A stretch of 64,000 nucleotides of DNA from the human T2T-CHM13v2.0 reference genome, Homo sapiens, in contig CP086569.2 in assembly GCA_009914755.4 (NCBI GenBank), positions 21,632,001 through 21,696,000 of the forward strand, given 5' to 3'. Positions 15,562 to 29,339 of this stretch are shown in pieces (the stretch's first letter is position 1; each line of letters begins with the position of its first letter). The notes beneath the pieces are model-generated. The model was not told the origin of the DNA. It searched no databases and saw only the letters and a list, made by a program, of their open reading frames with translations. A program made the position numbers and the translations under genes.

Positions 15562-17625
15562 CTAGGTTTTGTCCCTTTTGTTAATCTTTTTTTTTTTTCA
15601 AATCAACTCTTAGCTTTTTTCCGGTTTTTTTTTTTTCTCTTATGTCTGCTCCAATCTTTATTTAATTTCCTTCCTTCTGCTAACCTTGGGTTTTTCTATT
15701 CTTTTTCTAGTTTCTTGTGATCTAGTTAGGTTTTGGTTTGAGGTCTTCTTTTGTAACATAAGCATTTTTGAGCTGCCTTGTCTTATGTGACAGTTTTTGA
15801 CTTACAGTCTATTTTGTCTGACCAAGTTTGGTCAGCCCCTGCCCTCTTTTGGTTACCATTTGCCTGGAACATCAGCTTTAGTCCTACACTTTTAGCCTAT
15901 GTGTGTCATTAAATCTAAAACTGGTCTTTTGTTAGTAGCATATAATTGTACCTTGGTTGGTTGGTTGGTTTTATTCATTTAGCTAGTCTTTGTCCTAAGA
16001 TTGGGGTGGGGAGTTAATTTATTTATAGTCAATAATTACTGTTAAGGAAGGCATTAGTGTAGCTCTGTTGCTAACTATTTTCTGTTATGTTCTGTAGATA
16101 TTTTGTCCCTATTTTTTCTCCCTTATTACCTGCCTTTTGTGTTTTAAAGAATACTTTGAATCCTTTCTCATTTTATTGTATCTGTCCTTCCTTGGTTATT
16201 TTCTTCCTGGTTACCAAGGGAATTACATAAATTATCTTAAATTGAAAACAATCTGTTTTCAGCTGTTAATTCCATCTCCATACCTCCTCAGACCAACTTT
16301 GTTATTGATGCCACATGTTAATCTTTTTCTATTGTGTACCCATTTACATTGGTTTATGGTGGTTCTTATGCTTTCATGTTTTAAATTTTATACCAGACTT
16401 AAAAGTGATTTGTAAACCATTATGATTTTCTATTTTTCTGTATATTTACCTTTACCAGAGATCTTTATATTTTCATATGGTTTTGTGTCTAATGTCTTTT
16501 TCTTGGACACTTGAAGGATTCCCTTCAGCATTTCTTGTAGGGCAAGCCTAGTGCCTTTTGTTTATCTGGGAAGGTCTTATTTTCTTCAATTTTGAAGGAC
16601 AGCTTTGCTGGAAATGGTATTCTTGTGAGGACTGAACTCTGATTTTAATCTTGCCTAAATTCCTATCTAAGGCGTCTTGGGAATCATGCCCTACAAATGG
16701 GCATGACTTATCATCAGATGGGTTTTATTTTAACCCTACATATCATGACTTACTTTCCAGCCTGACACTGGCATAACATTTCGAGACAATGAAGAAAATT
16801 AAAATATTTTACCTCAAAGCATGTTTCTTTGCCATATTTTGAAATGGCCCTGCAAAACTGTTCCTTGTGAGGGGGAAATCTGTATTTGTAAAGAGTCTCT
16901 CTTCACGTAGCTAGATCTTTTTCTTCTAAATCTTTTCAATCTTAAAGAGATTAACTAAAATTTGAATCGGAAACATTTGTCATCTCTTGTCTCTGAGGGC
17001 AGCCATTATAAGACTTCCTCAACTTTGATCTCCACCATCTTTTATCTTAACTAAAACATTCCCTGTCTGTCAATCCCAGGTCTTTAGGCAAACTCAACTT
17101 AGGGAAACCAGTTGCCAACCAGAAAATGCTGAAATTCACCAATAGCCTGGACCACCCCACCCCACTTTGAGTTGTCCGCCCTTTCTGGACCAAACCAATG
17201 TGTTTCTTAAATGTATTTGATGTCTCATGCCCTTCTAAAGTGTATAAAACCGAGCTGTGTCCTGACCACTTTGGGCACGTGTTCTCAGGACCTCCTAAGA
17301 GCTGTGTCATGGACCATGGTCGCTCGTATTTGGCTCAGAATAAATCTCTTCAAATATTTTACAGAGTTAGACTCTTTTCATTGACACTTGAAGTATGTCA
17401 TCCCTCTATCTTCTGGATGGCAGAGTTATCAGAGATTATCAGAAAAGTGCTTATCTAGCAGGAGCTTCCTTGTACATGATTCTTTCCCAGATTCTTTCTC
17501 TGTGATGTGACACTTTGATTATATTGTCTCTTGATGTGTGTCTCTTTGGGCTTATTCTAGTTGGAGTTCAGCTTCTTGAATTTCTATGTCCATCTTCTTT
17601 CTCCCAACTGGGGAGTTTGGGCCTC

Positions 17626-17908
17626 TTTTTTTTTTTTTTTTTTTTTTTTTGAGATGGAGTCTTGTTCTATTGCCCAGGCTGGAGTGCAGTGGCTCCTTCT
17701 GGGTTCACGCCATTCTCCTGCCTCAGCCTCCCTAGTAGCTGGGACTACAGGTGCCCACCACTGCACTCTGCTGATTTTTTGTATTTTTAGTAGAGATGGG
17801 GTTTCACCGTGTTAGCCAGGATGGTCTCAATCTCCTGACCTCGTAATCCGCCCACCTTGGCCTCCCAAAAGTGCTGGGATTACAGGTGTAAGCCACCGCA
17901 CCCGGGCC
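17626..17908 (-). mobile_element. Alu (antisense)
   Basis: 25-nt poly-T then gagatggagtcttgttctattgcccaggctggagtgcag ... gccaccgcacccgggcc. Confidence 0.9.
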
Positions 17909-18642
17909 ATTATTATTTTTCTAGAAGGCCTTCTGCCCCTCCCGCTCTGTCTCCCAAATTCCCTTGTCATATTCTCTGTTTCTGTCTCTTCTCCTTCTAG
18001 GACTCTTGTAATTTGTGTATTGTCTTGTAATTTGTGTATTGTTCCTCTTGATGTTGTCTCATACTCCCTTCCTTAGGCTCACCTTTCTTTGTTATTTTTT
18101 TTCTTTTTGCTCCTCTGACTTGTTAATTTCAATGGCCTGTCTTCAAGTTTGCAAATTCTTCCTGAACCTGTGAATTTTTCAATTCAGTTTAAAGGTATTC
18201 GGCTCCAGTTTGATTATGGGTATTTGTTGTGGGTTTCCTTTACTTTGTTGATAACTCTCATGTTTATGCGTTGTTTTTCTGATTTTGTTTGTCTATCTGT
18301 GTTCCCTTAGTTTGATGTGCATCTTTAAGATGGTTAGTTTGAATTCTTTTTCAGGTAACTCATAGATCATCATTTGTTTAGGCTTATTTTTCTAGAGAAA
18401 AACGGCCACCTCTCCCAATCTCTACCAGGTATCTTCATACAGGGACGATGACTTTCACCAGTCAGCCAGGCCAGAGGTTCTGGGGATCTCTCAACTAGGG
18501 ACTTGGGTGTGCGCTTTCCTGGTTGAGCTTCTGTGAAGACCCTAATCTCTTTCATTCCCTGATGCCTGTCTGTGTAGTACGGCCTCTCTGGTGCTGTAAC
18601 AACTGTCCCGTCCCCCCAGCACCTGCAGATCTTTGTTTTTTT

Positions 18643-18935
18643 TGTTTGTTTGTTGTTTTTGAGGCACAGTCTTGCTGTGTCACCTAGCCTGGAGTGTAGT
18701 GGCTTAATCTCAACTGCAACCTCTGCCTCCTAGGTTCAATCATTCTCCTGCCTCAGACTCCGAAGTAGGTGGTATTCCAGGCACGCACCACCATGCCTAC
18801 CTAATTTTTTGTATTTTTAGTTAGAGACAGAGTTTCACCATATTGACCAGGCTGGTCTTTAACCGCTGGCCTCAAGTGATCAGTCCACCACAGCCTCCCA
18901 AAGTGCTAGGATTACAGGCCCGAGCCACCGCACCC
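18643..18935 (-). mobile_element. Alu (antisense)
   Basis: T-rich tail, gaggcacagtcttgctgtgtcacctagcctggagtg ... gattacaggcccgagccaccgcacc. Confidence 0.85.
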
Positions 18936-20149
18936 CACCTGCATGTCTTGTCTTCTTTCTCTGAGTCCCTCAGCCTGGGTGTCCAAACTACCTTCCTTGT
19001 CAGTATTGACTCAGGTAAGACAGAAAGCAGTTTGTCAGGCAGGTTTTGACCCCTTGAAAAGCCAGAATGTCGCATGAATGGTTCACATTTCTCTTTCCTT
19101 CCTGTGGGAGATGCCAGGATTTTGGATTTTTTTTTTTTTTTCCCAAATGTGTTACGCGGTGCTGGGGAAGTGGAACATGTTGTGCAGGTAAAATGCCACA
19201 AATGTTTCTATTGGTCTAGTGCTGCTTTTCTTGGCTTTGCACTGGCCTGGGGTCCTGCAGCCTCTTATCTGATTGGTGGAGTGTTCACCAATGCAGTTTG
19301 GTTGTATATGTTATTGTGAAATCTGTGTGTCCAGTCGGAGGGAGAGCCTGGGGCCTCCTCTTGTGCCATTTTGCAGATGTCTGCTGTGTTATTTTTTTGA
19401 CATTTTAGTTTTTATTTGTTTCCTTGGTGGTTTTGAAATAAAGCCACATCTGGTTCTGTTAATTTTAAGTGGTTGTGCTCGTGATTACAGTGTGCATATT
19501 GAAACCACCCAAGCTCAGGATTAACCACCTTCTTTATCCTCCTCTGGGGCAGTAGCAGGATGTGGGTGGGAATATGCTATCTGTTTCTCTCCTTACCTTT
19601 CTTGAGATTTTTGACGGGTTTCATGCATCTGGGTTGGCATCATTCTAGAAAATTATGTTTTCACATACTGCTTTGTCCCTAACCTTCCTCTCACCTTGGT
19701 TTTCGGGACTTGCATTTAACTTGTATTAGAGCTTCTCACAGTAGACCCAGTCACCCGGTCTTCTCTGTTTTTCATCCTTTGTCTTTCCATGGTGCATCAT
19801 GAGCATATCTTCCCAGCAACCTTCTCTTTTTCTGATTCTCTCTTCAACCAATTGTAGGCTGTTTCTTTAAACCCATTCCTTTCCATTCTTAATTTTGTTC
19901 ACTAAATTTTCATTACTTGATTTTCAAATCCACTAGGTCACTCTACAAAGGTGGGCTTCTTGTGATTTACATTAGTTTTGTTCTGTTTTGTTTTGCTTTT
20001 GTCCTTGTAGACTCTTTCAAGGCAGTTCCAAGTTCTGCATTTGGTTTGATGCTGTGTTGATGATGGTGGTTCTTTATCATGGTATCTTAGTTCCTTCCAT
20101 GCTAGACACTATATGTAAAGTGTTGTTAGTAAGAACAATATGAGGTCAA

Positions 20150-20429
20150 TTTTTTTTTTTTTTGAGACAGAGTCTTGCTCTGTTTGGAGTGCAATGACCC
20201 AGCCTCGGCACACTACAACCTCTGCCTCTCGGGTTCAAGCGATTCTCCTGCCTCAGCCTTCCGCGAGGCTGAGGTGCCCACCACCACACTGGGCTAATTT
20301 TTGTATTTGTGGTAGAGATGGGGTTTCACCATGTTGGCCAAGCTTGTCTTGAACTCCTGTCCTCAGGTGAACCGCCCGCCTCAACTCCCCAGAGTGCTGG
20401 GATTACAAACATGAGCATTTGCGCCTGGC
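20150..20429 (-). mobile_element. Alu (antisense)
   Basis: poly-T then gagacagagtcttgctctgtttggagtgcaatg ... gggattacaaacatgagcatttgcgcctggc. Confidence 0.85.
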
Positions 20430-22731
20430 TAAATCCTGTATTTTGTTAGTAGGAAAACAGGGTTGTTTTTGGGCTCATGTGTTTGTGAGGGTCCTGCCTT
20501 TGGGGTCCATCTAATGGTGGGAAGGGTCTCCTGTTACAGCCTTCACTCAAGAGACTGAACCTGGGGCTTTGATTTCTATTCCACTGTCTTTGTGAGGCCA
20601 TCAGAAAGAAAGCAGAGTCTCACAACAAAAGTCAACATTAGTTTCCACTCAGTCTGTTTTTCTGAGGGTTGTCTGATAGACATAAAGAATATATCTGACA
20701 CATTCAAGAATTACAGTTATTCTTGTGAAGGGTCTTAGCTTTCAACCTACATTTACTAGTGTGCCCTAGTGGGAACTTTTGTAAATGTCAGGGGCTTTTT
20801 ATTGGAACTTAACACACCTTGAAAGAATGAGTGTTCTCATCAATTTATACCCTTTCTTCACTTTTAGAAGCAGTGACAAACAAGTGAAGGGAAGGAACTA
20901 TTAACAGTTTGAATCTTACCGTGATTAACTTAGTTCTATTTTTTCCCTATGCATACTAAGTCCATAGTGTTCCCACCTAAGGACTCTGGAAAATGAACTA
21001 AAAACCTTTGTGGACCTTATTATTGACATAAGCAGCATGAGGCATTTCTGCTGCTCTTTCCCAAGTACTGATTTTCTTTTACAGGAGTCTCTGCAATTGG
21101 GTCTTTTCTATGAGGAACAAAACACCAAGCTTTCACTGGCATTTCATCTCACCTCTTTTTTGGGTGTCATCTTCTGCTTATCACGTAGAACAAACATGCA
21201 TTTTGTTACTGAGCAGGCGTTTTTATCCAGATCTTCCTAAACTGCCCTAAAGCATAGTGTACAAAAGTTTTTTGTAACTGAGGGTGTTTGGTGCTGCTCG
21301 TTTACTGTCTTCTCAGTGGTTGCCACAAGGACCCCAAAGAACTGGCCAAGTACACTGACCTAAGAAGCAAAATCTTGGGCTGTTTATGTGATTTTTCTTA
21401 TATTTCAGATAGGGGTCTGTGGGTACTTTCTTGTGACTTACCTGAACATTATTGGGTATCCATACCATCTGGAATAAATGCGATACCAGCACTTACACAA
21501 AATTACTTTCAAATCACTTCTCTGACTCTCAGTACAGTTGTTAATGCTGAGGTAAAACCATTGGTCCTTTTAATTCCTGTGGCTTCTCACCATGCCAAAC
21601 ACATATTTCCCGCTGGCCCTGGATTTCTGTTAAAAATCTGTATTTTGGATCAACAAATGTCTGTGGTAGGGACGGTCAAACTGCAGAAATCTCTTTGTTC
21701 ATTGGAAATCTCTTTGTTCATTGTCAAATCGAAGAATTTTTACTCTGAACATAATTTTAATTTTCTTTTATCCCAGAGGCTTATCTTTAAGACCCTCAGG
21801 TTGAGTTGGTTTCTTCTTTTTCCCATTAGTTTTTGAGAGCTCAATAAGTGTTTGTGCTCTTGATTTATGTTTTTCCCCTTGATTTATAGGTTATAATTTC
21901 AAATTTATCCTGGAGTATTTTAGGCTAGGTTACTAGTTTGTGTTTTGTTTTGTTGGCATTAAGACAGGGCTGCATTCTCTGGCTTTGGTGTGTCTTCATT
22001 TTAAAAAAAAGGACGTGTCCTTGTTTTTTTTTTCCTTTTTTTTAAATGTGTCTTCACATAAAAAAGTGGACTTATGGCTGAGTCTTTATTAGCAGTGGTT
22101 TGAGGAAACTTTTTCTTAAAACATGCTTATTCTGTGATAAAACTTCCTTGACATGGTGGCCTGTGCCCTATATAGGATGCTTATATTAGGTGGTTATGTC
22201 CCACAAAAATAAGTCCAGATATCTGAAATGAACACTATTCTTCCAGGAGCCCTGTGACAGCCCTCAGAACATTGGAAGTTTCCCCCTCTAGAGATTGGAT
22301 TAGCTAGCAGTCCAGTTAAAGGCCTTTCGTTATTGTCTAGTGTCTTTCTGATTAGCCTGAATTTCTCTAGTTCTCCCTCCCTCTCAGTCAATCATTCTTC
22401 TTTCTTCCCACCCAGTACTCTTCCATGCCATCTTTGTCCCCCCCAAAAATGATTATTTATTCAACCTTTGAAGAATTATTGTTGGACAAACAGTGCAGGG
22501 AAAGCTTGTCATTGGAAAAATCCTTAGGGGCTTGCCTTAAAACGCTGACTGCAGTCTACTTCACAAAAAGCATGTTCATAGTGACAAGAGTTCTTGACAT
22601 TACAATTTTGTAATGATGCTCCATTTTTTGGTCCCGGTGAGCCTGTCTGTGGTAAATTGGTTTTAAAGGACAGCAGGCCTCTATCTGGTTTTAAAATGAC
22701 TCCTCTCCTGTTTATTTTCCTTTCCCTCTAG

Positions 22732-22889
22732 GCAATGTATGTATGGTGATTGCTGGAGCTAACCTCGGTCGTGTTGGTGTGATCACAAACAGGGAAAGAC
22801 ATCCTGGTTCTTGCGATGTGGTACATGTGAAGGATGCCAACGGCAACAGCTTTGCCACAAGGATTTCCAACATTTTTGTCATTGGCAAT
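22732..22889 (+). CDS. RPS4Y2: RPS4Y2 coding exon ((G)[52 protein letters not shown])
   Basis: Acceptor ccctctAG|GC at 22730-22731; donor AAT|GTAAGA at 22890; 158 nt; split Gly codon g|gc. Confidence 0.9.
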
Positions 22890-24024
22890 GTAAGACTTGC
22901 ACTCTCTTTACTACTTTCTAAGAAGACTCACCCTAAAAAATGTAAAGACCTGCATCCACTGTTGGTGTTTGTCTGTTTGTTCTTGTGTTTTTCCTGTGTT
23001 AAGGTGCACAGAGTGCAGCAAGCTCTGTATTTAGCCTCTGACCAGAAAGAATATTAGATCTAGAGCCTTGCGCCTGCCTCTCAAGGAGGTCTGTGTGAGG
23101 TGCCAGCACTGTCACACAACAAATTAAGTTAAACTCAGCCTTGCAACTTCTGCAGGGCTATACCACTGGTATGTGCTGGATTAAGGTCACTGTCTGCCAT
23201 CTCCTCTGAGACTACATTATATGCCTCATCATTGAACATGTATTTGATGATGAAGATTGATGTAAGGGACTATGAGTGAGTTGCTAATTTGAGAATAAGA
23301 GCATTTACAAGTCACATACTGCTTGTTAGTTTCGTTTACTCATTCAGAATGACCTTGCTCTGAGATCTTTTGAGGGCTTTTCAGTGAAGGAGCACCTCTG
23401 GAGTCACACAGTATCCTCACATGAGAGTCTGTTACCCTGTGACTTAAGGACGGGCAAGCTTTTCATCAAGCAATTCAGCCTTGGGAGTGGTATCTTAACA
23501 CTTGTACCCTGGCAGCTATTTGGTACGTGAGAGATGATATGGTACAGAGGGGAAGCCTGCTGTTGCCTCTTTGGCTGTGTCACTTGGCAGCTCTATAGTT
23601 GGGCCATTTCTCTTCTCAGTGCTGAATTATGACACCTCATTCTGTACCTTTGAAAACAGGTGTATCATATCATCTGGTGTTTCTGAAGGAACTGAAGGAC
23701 TGAGTAGATGCCTGTGAAAGCTCTGTAAAGCTTATGACAGGGAGCTGACAGTTCTCCACTTCAAAATAATGAGAAGCTGAGGTTAATGGCCTTTTTTTTT
23801 TTCTCAGCACTGAGTGCCTTATGGAAAAAGATGTTCATGAAAAGCTTCTTGACTGATTGCTTCACACAAAATAGAAGCAGGAAGACCTGTATTCAGCAGC
23901 TCAGCAGTGGGGAGTGGGAGGAACAGTGAGAGACAGACAACCTCTCAGGAAACATGTATAAGGAAATTTTTATTTTGTTGGGAATTTTGTTTGGTTGTGT
24001 TCTGTTAGCTGCCCCTTAATGTAA

Positions 24025-24255
<231 letters not shown>

Positions 24256-24289
24256 ATTACAGTAGTGGCTTATTTTTTTTCTTTGCACA

Positions 24290-24295
24290 AATAAA
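24290..24295 (+). promoter_or_regulatory. RPS4Y2: polyadenylation signal AATAAA of RPS4Y2 (short 3' UTR)
   Basis: aataaa 35 nt after the stop codon, followed by T-rich stretch; ribosomal protein mRNAs have very short 3' UTRs. Confidence 0.7.
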
Positions 24296-25260
24296 CAATG
24301 AATTCTTGTTTCCTAATGTGTATGTTTTTTTCTTTTTCCCTTGTGGATAATGATAGGGTTTGAATTTTGGGCATGGTTTTGGCACCATCTTAAGATCTCT
24401 AGGTACCACCCGTTCTTCCTCTGACCCTCAAGGAAATAAACCTTTTCTTTCCTTCCCTCATACATGTTACCCACATCTTCTCTGTGGTCAGAATGATGGG
24501 AATAACATCAATAAATGAAGTGCAAAAAATGTGATATTTTTGGCTGCCTGAGAAAATGAACATTAGTTGAAATCATAGAAGAAAAATGTGTTTGTGTTAA
24601 TTAGGGAGTTTTTAAATAATTTTTCGTGCCTTACCATGGTTATGCTTTTTCTTTCTACCCCCACTTCCCTCCTCCCCTCTTTTTTCACCTTATAGAATTT
24701 ACCTCACAGTTTTTTAGGTCCAAAGTCTGGCCTCTCTCTCCGAAAGGACTGCATTCTTTTGTGGAAGCTCTGGGGAAGGTGTTAGTTTCCTTCCTCATTA
24801 ACATTATTGGCAGAAATTCAGATCTCTGTGGCTGTAGGGTACTGTCCCTGTTTCCTTGCTGACTGGCAGCTGAGGCCTGTTCTCGGCTTCTGTAGGTCAC
24901 GTGCATTCTTTGCCTAGTGGTCCCATCCCTCAGATACACTAAGCGGTCTTTCTTTGACCCAGTCAGGAACAGTTCTCCACTTTTAAGGGCCCAGCAGGAT
25001 AATCTCTATTTCATGGACTGTCACTTTAATGACATCATATTTATTCCACTTTGTCTTGGCAGTGGACTTGTAAAAGGTAGCATTTACAAGTACTAGACAG
25101 TGGGATGTGGGCATCTTTGATGTTTGTAAAGACTTAGAAACAAAAGAAAAATGGCTGGCGGGCAGTTGAAGCCAACAGTTTAATATTTGGCTACTGTTGA
25201 AAAGCAAATTCTGAATTATGATACATAACTGGAAGTTAAAATAAAGGTTATTTTATATTG

Positions 25261-25547
25261 CAGTGGCTCACATCTGTAATCCCAACACTTTGGGAGAGGG
25301 AGGATCACTTGAGCCCAGAAGTTTAAGGCCATCCTGGGCAATATATTGAGACCCTGTCTCTATAAAAAGTAAAAAGCAAAAAAAATTAGCCAGGTATGGT
25401 GGTGCATGCTTGTAGTGCCAGTTACTTGGAAGGTGGAGGTGGGAAGACTGATTGATAGCTTTCTTCACCCAGGTCTTGGCGGTTACAGTGAGCCCTGATT
25501 CTGCTGCTGCACTCCAGCTTGGGTGACAGAGCAAGACCCTGTGTCTT
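25261..25547 (+). mobile_element. Alu (sense), downstream of RPS4Y2
   Basis: ggctcacatctgtaatcccaacactttgggag ... gagcaagaccctgtgtc. Confidence 0.85.
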
Positions 25548-25933
25548 GCTGGATTCTATAAAAGAATCAGTTACAAAGGGAATAGGAGTCATTACCCTTC
25601 CTCCTTGGAGTCTTAAAGGAGCATATACTTGCCAAGTGTGTATTTTTATGCATCTACAAGCTCAAAAACCTATGGTTATAACAGCTGTTTTGCTGTGAGC
25701 CCTCATTTGGTGCTTGCTTGTTGAGCTCTCTTCCTGTGTATCATACCATCTGGTGTTTCTGAAGGAATTGAAGTGAAATGACCACATGAAAGAAAATGGG
25801 CTCTTTCAGGACACAGGAAGGAAAAACTGAGGAATTTGGTGTAATTTTAAGATCCCGGTTGCAACTGCCAAAATGGGTATGTGTGTGTGTGTTTGTGTCC
25901 ACGTGTGCATGCACCTGTGATAATCAAATTTTG

Positions 25934-26216
25934 TTTTGGTTTTTTTGAGACAGTCTCACTCTGTTGCTGGGGCTGGAGTTCAGTGTTGTGATCTCAGCTC
26001 ACTGCAACCTCTGCCTCCTGGGTTTAAGTGATTCTTATGCCTCTTAGCCTCTTGAGTAGCTGGGACTACAGGCACACACCACCATGCCCAGATAATTTTT
26101 GTAGTTTTGGTGTACAAAAATTGGACAGGCTGGTCTCAAACTCCTGACCTCAAGTGATCGACCCACCTTGACCTCCCAAAGTGCTGAGATTACAGGCATG
26201 AGCCATTCACCCCCAG
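25934..26216 (-). mobile_element. Alu (antisense) with ~15-bp TSD gataatcaaa(a)ttttg
   Basis: poly-T 25933-25947; identical flanks gataatcaaattttg (25919-25933) and gataatcaaaattttg (26217-26232). Confidence 0.9.
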
Positions 26217-28329
26217 CTGATAATCAAAATTTTGACTCTGCAACAAAGATGCTATGCTGGAAAGTGCAACAAAGATACTATACTGGAAAGAAGTGGGATA
26301 GTAATTCTCTGACTACCGTGTTTATTGTTGTATTGTGATACTGTTATTTCAATATCCCTCCATCTCATGACTGACAAATCCAATATTGAACATGTTCAAA
26401 AATGTTTTCTCTTTGTAATCCTTCCTCCCTGAAGTAGGGACATTCCTTACCTCATCATGCTTGAGGACCTTGGGTTATTGTTACCTTATTCCTCACCCTC
26501 ATCTCATCTCCCTCAAATCCTTTCTGTAAGTAGGTGAATTTTAAATCATATGTAAGTAAAACTAAGCCACTAAACCACCTGGCATAAATCTCTTCCATCC
26601 ATTGTCTTCTCTGTTGCAGGATTTTATCCCAGAAATGTTCATCTCTGAGTTTATATTCTCCTCTGTCCACTGCCTATTATTTGAGTTTGTTCTTCCTGTA
26701 TTTCACTAGCTGGCGAGCTCAAAGAGCTACACTGTCAACCCAAAACTTTGTTTCTGAATCTCTTTCAGGTTGCCTTGAGGCTCAAAGGCAGCAAGTCTGA
26801 GCTCTCACAAAATACTGCTCCTCTGTTTGGTATCTTGAACTTTAAGTATGTCTGCACATTTGCCCTAATCTTTGCCCTACACAGGCCCAGTACCTGACAG
26901 CCTCTTTCTGTCTGGTAGAGTTCAAGCCCTCAGGCCTTTGTGCTCAAGCTTTGAAGGTCTGGTTTCCTCCAACACTCTTTCCTACCAAGCGGGGTGGCAG
27001 AGCAGGACTAAGAACTCACGTTCTCTATGTAACTCATAGACAAACTGGTACAAAAGCACACTCATCCACAGCAGGGAAAGAGAACTCAGGCCCAAGACCA
27101 TGCAGCAAGTCCAAATACTTAATCCCAGCCCAAAGAGATGAAAAAAGGAAAAGCAGGAAAAGTGGAAGAACAAAGGAATGAACACCATCAGTGTCAACAA
27201 CCCTTGACCATACACAGAAATCTGTATTCCCAAATTAAACATTACTTTCTCGTGCCTTCATTCTTGAGACATACTTTTTGAGCACCTGTTGTTTGACATG
27301 CATTGAACAGAACAGACAGAAAATACTGAAGCATGAGCTCAGGTGTGGGAAATTGATGATTTAAAGTCAACAAATTAAGTAAGGTTCTGTCAGTGACAAG
27401 TCTATGAAGAAGTAAAATGGGACTGGGATAGAGCCTTTAGATCAGGCACTACACAAAGGCCTTTGAGCAGTGACATTTTTGAGTCAGTAGAGTCGAGTCG
27501 ACAGAGTACACGCAAGTTAATGGCATGTTAACACTTTTCCTCCATAATTAAAGGGGTGGATCCATGCTTTCCATTTGTATTAGTTTGCTAGGGCACAAAA
27601 TGGATAACTTAAAAGACAGAAGTTAGTTGTCTCCTAATCCTGGAGGCCAGAAGTCCAAAACAAGGTGTTGACAGGGCCATACTCCCTCAATGGATAGGAG
27701 GGATCTGTTCTAGGCCTCTCCAAGCTCTGGCAGTTCCTTGACTTGTGGCTGCATAACTAGCCTTCATGTGGCATTTTCCCTGTGTGCTGGGGATATTCTT
27801 AAGTGAAACTTGCTTATATTTATCTTTAGGGGAGCTTTTACGATTGTGGAAATTAGAAATGACTCAAGTGCCGTTTGGTGCTACTGTCTTTATCCATTAG
27901 TGGTAGGAAGCCAGGAGTCTCAACCACCAGTGCCGTTTGAACCTTCAGTGCAAACATTAGCATGGTGGAAAGGGCAGGTTATATTTCTGTGTGAAAATAA
28001 TTGTGACTTTATGTATTCCTGGAAAGGGTCCCCGAGGCTTGATTTTAGGGGTGGCTGTGTTGAAACAGGCATTGCAAATTGCAAACACCTAGAAATTGAC
28101 CATCTTCAGTAGCTCCTTTTCTAGTAAGAAAGTCAACCAAATACCATATGCCTACCAGTGCACGATGTCACATGTGAAGAATTACTGTGTATTTGTGCAT
28201 ATAGTTACATACATGGATATGTTCTGAATACAATCAGGCAGATCTAACAGTATACAAGAAAATCAGGAGAGGTAGTTTAAAGGAAATGATATAGAATAAA
28301 CAAACCACACAAGCAATAAAAAGGAAAGT

Positions 28330-28450
28330 GCTTCTAAAGCATTGAGCAACATGAAGAGTATCACTGAAGTGGTTTGGAGCAAAGGAAGCTAAACTCAAAA
28401 GATGAGCAACATGAAGAGTATCACCGAAGTGGTTTACAGCAAAGGAAGCT
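28330..28450. repeat. ~58-bp tandem duplication (2 copies)
   Basis: tgagcaacatgaagagtatcac(t/c)gaagtggttt(gg/ac)agcaaaggaagct(a/g)aactcaaaag repeated. Confidence 0.85.
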
Positions 28451-29339
28451 GAACTCAAAAGAGGTTCTAATTTATATGTTGTTCAAAAACATAAAAAACT
28501 TATCTATGGTGCCCAGAGAACAGGAGAGCACTTAACCTTGAGTAGGGATGAGTAACTGAGAATGGACTTTTGGGGTACTGAAAAATTATTCTTCATCTTG
28601 ACTTTTGGGGAGTAAACTCAGTGAATATGTAAAAAGACATCAATTTGTATACCTTAAGTGGTGTTCATTTCCATAAACACATTATGCCACCCTTAAAAAC
28701 AAGGTATTAGTCTGATGAAGTAATGGATGGGGTGGCCACTTTTAAGGGGTAGGATGTATGGAAGGTGGCTTATGACTGTTAATAGGCATGTGGGAACTTT
28801 CTAAAACATCTATTTCCTATGGCATTGGAGTTGTGGTTACTCAGGTGTATTTGTCACAACTGAAATGTGATTTTGAAAGCAAATGAAACTGGGTAACTTG
28901 CACAGAATTGCTGGAACACTTGAGATGCCAGCTAATGCTAACATACTTGGAGTAATGCCAAAAGCATAAAATAAATTAGTCTAATGTAACATTTCTCATT
29001 ATTCTTCCTCCACAATATGCTGGGATCTCTGCCAATACTCTTCAGACATCATATTCAGAACAGCATTTTGGCCACTGCAGGCAACACTGCCAAAATTCTG
29101 GTGCTCTCACCCTCATGGGAAATGAGATTCAATGCTTTATATGGTGCATTTCCCACTTTACTAGCATATTGAAGTCTCAGTTATCACAATGTGTCTGAAA
29201 GCCAGGATTTATATGTCACATGTCTTTGTGCATACAGCACTGGAAGATTGGTATTTAGTCTCTGATAGATATTTTGAAGAGAGTAGGGCTTATGATACTG
29301 CAGTCTCTCAAACCATTCCAATGATGAATAACACATGGC

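Larger units (their letters stand above)
14250..16700 (-). mobile_element. old L1 (L1M-type) ORF2/3'-region fragments with internal deletions, in RPS4Y2 intron
   Basis: Segments matching antisense L1 ORF2 (e.g. ccaacaccatttgttgaagcaactgtcctttctccattgag ; ggacacttgaaggattcccttcagcatttcttgtagggcaagcc). Boundaries approximate. Confidence 0.5.

Noticed and set aside
21288-21836. 182-aa + strand ORF inside RPS4Y2 intron 5
   Set aside because: No ATG start (begins at an alternative start codon in the ORF track), no recognisable motif, low-complexity AT-rich sequence, and an intronic location on the sense strand of the host gene. One stop-free stretch of this length is expected by chance in 64 kb.
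23655-23705. ~40-bp motif gtgtatcata(t/c)catctggtgtttctgaagga shared between 23660 and 25745
   Set aside because: Too short to classify; the flanks are not homologous. Probably a fragment of an old interspersed repeat (MIR/MER) present twice.
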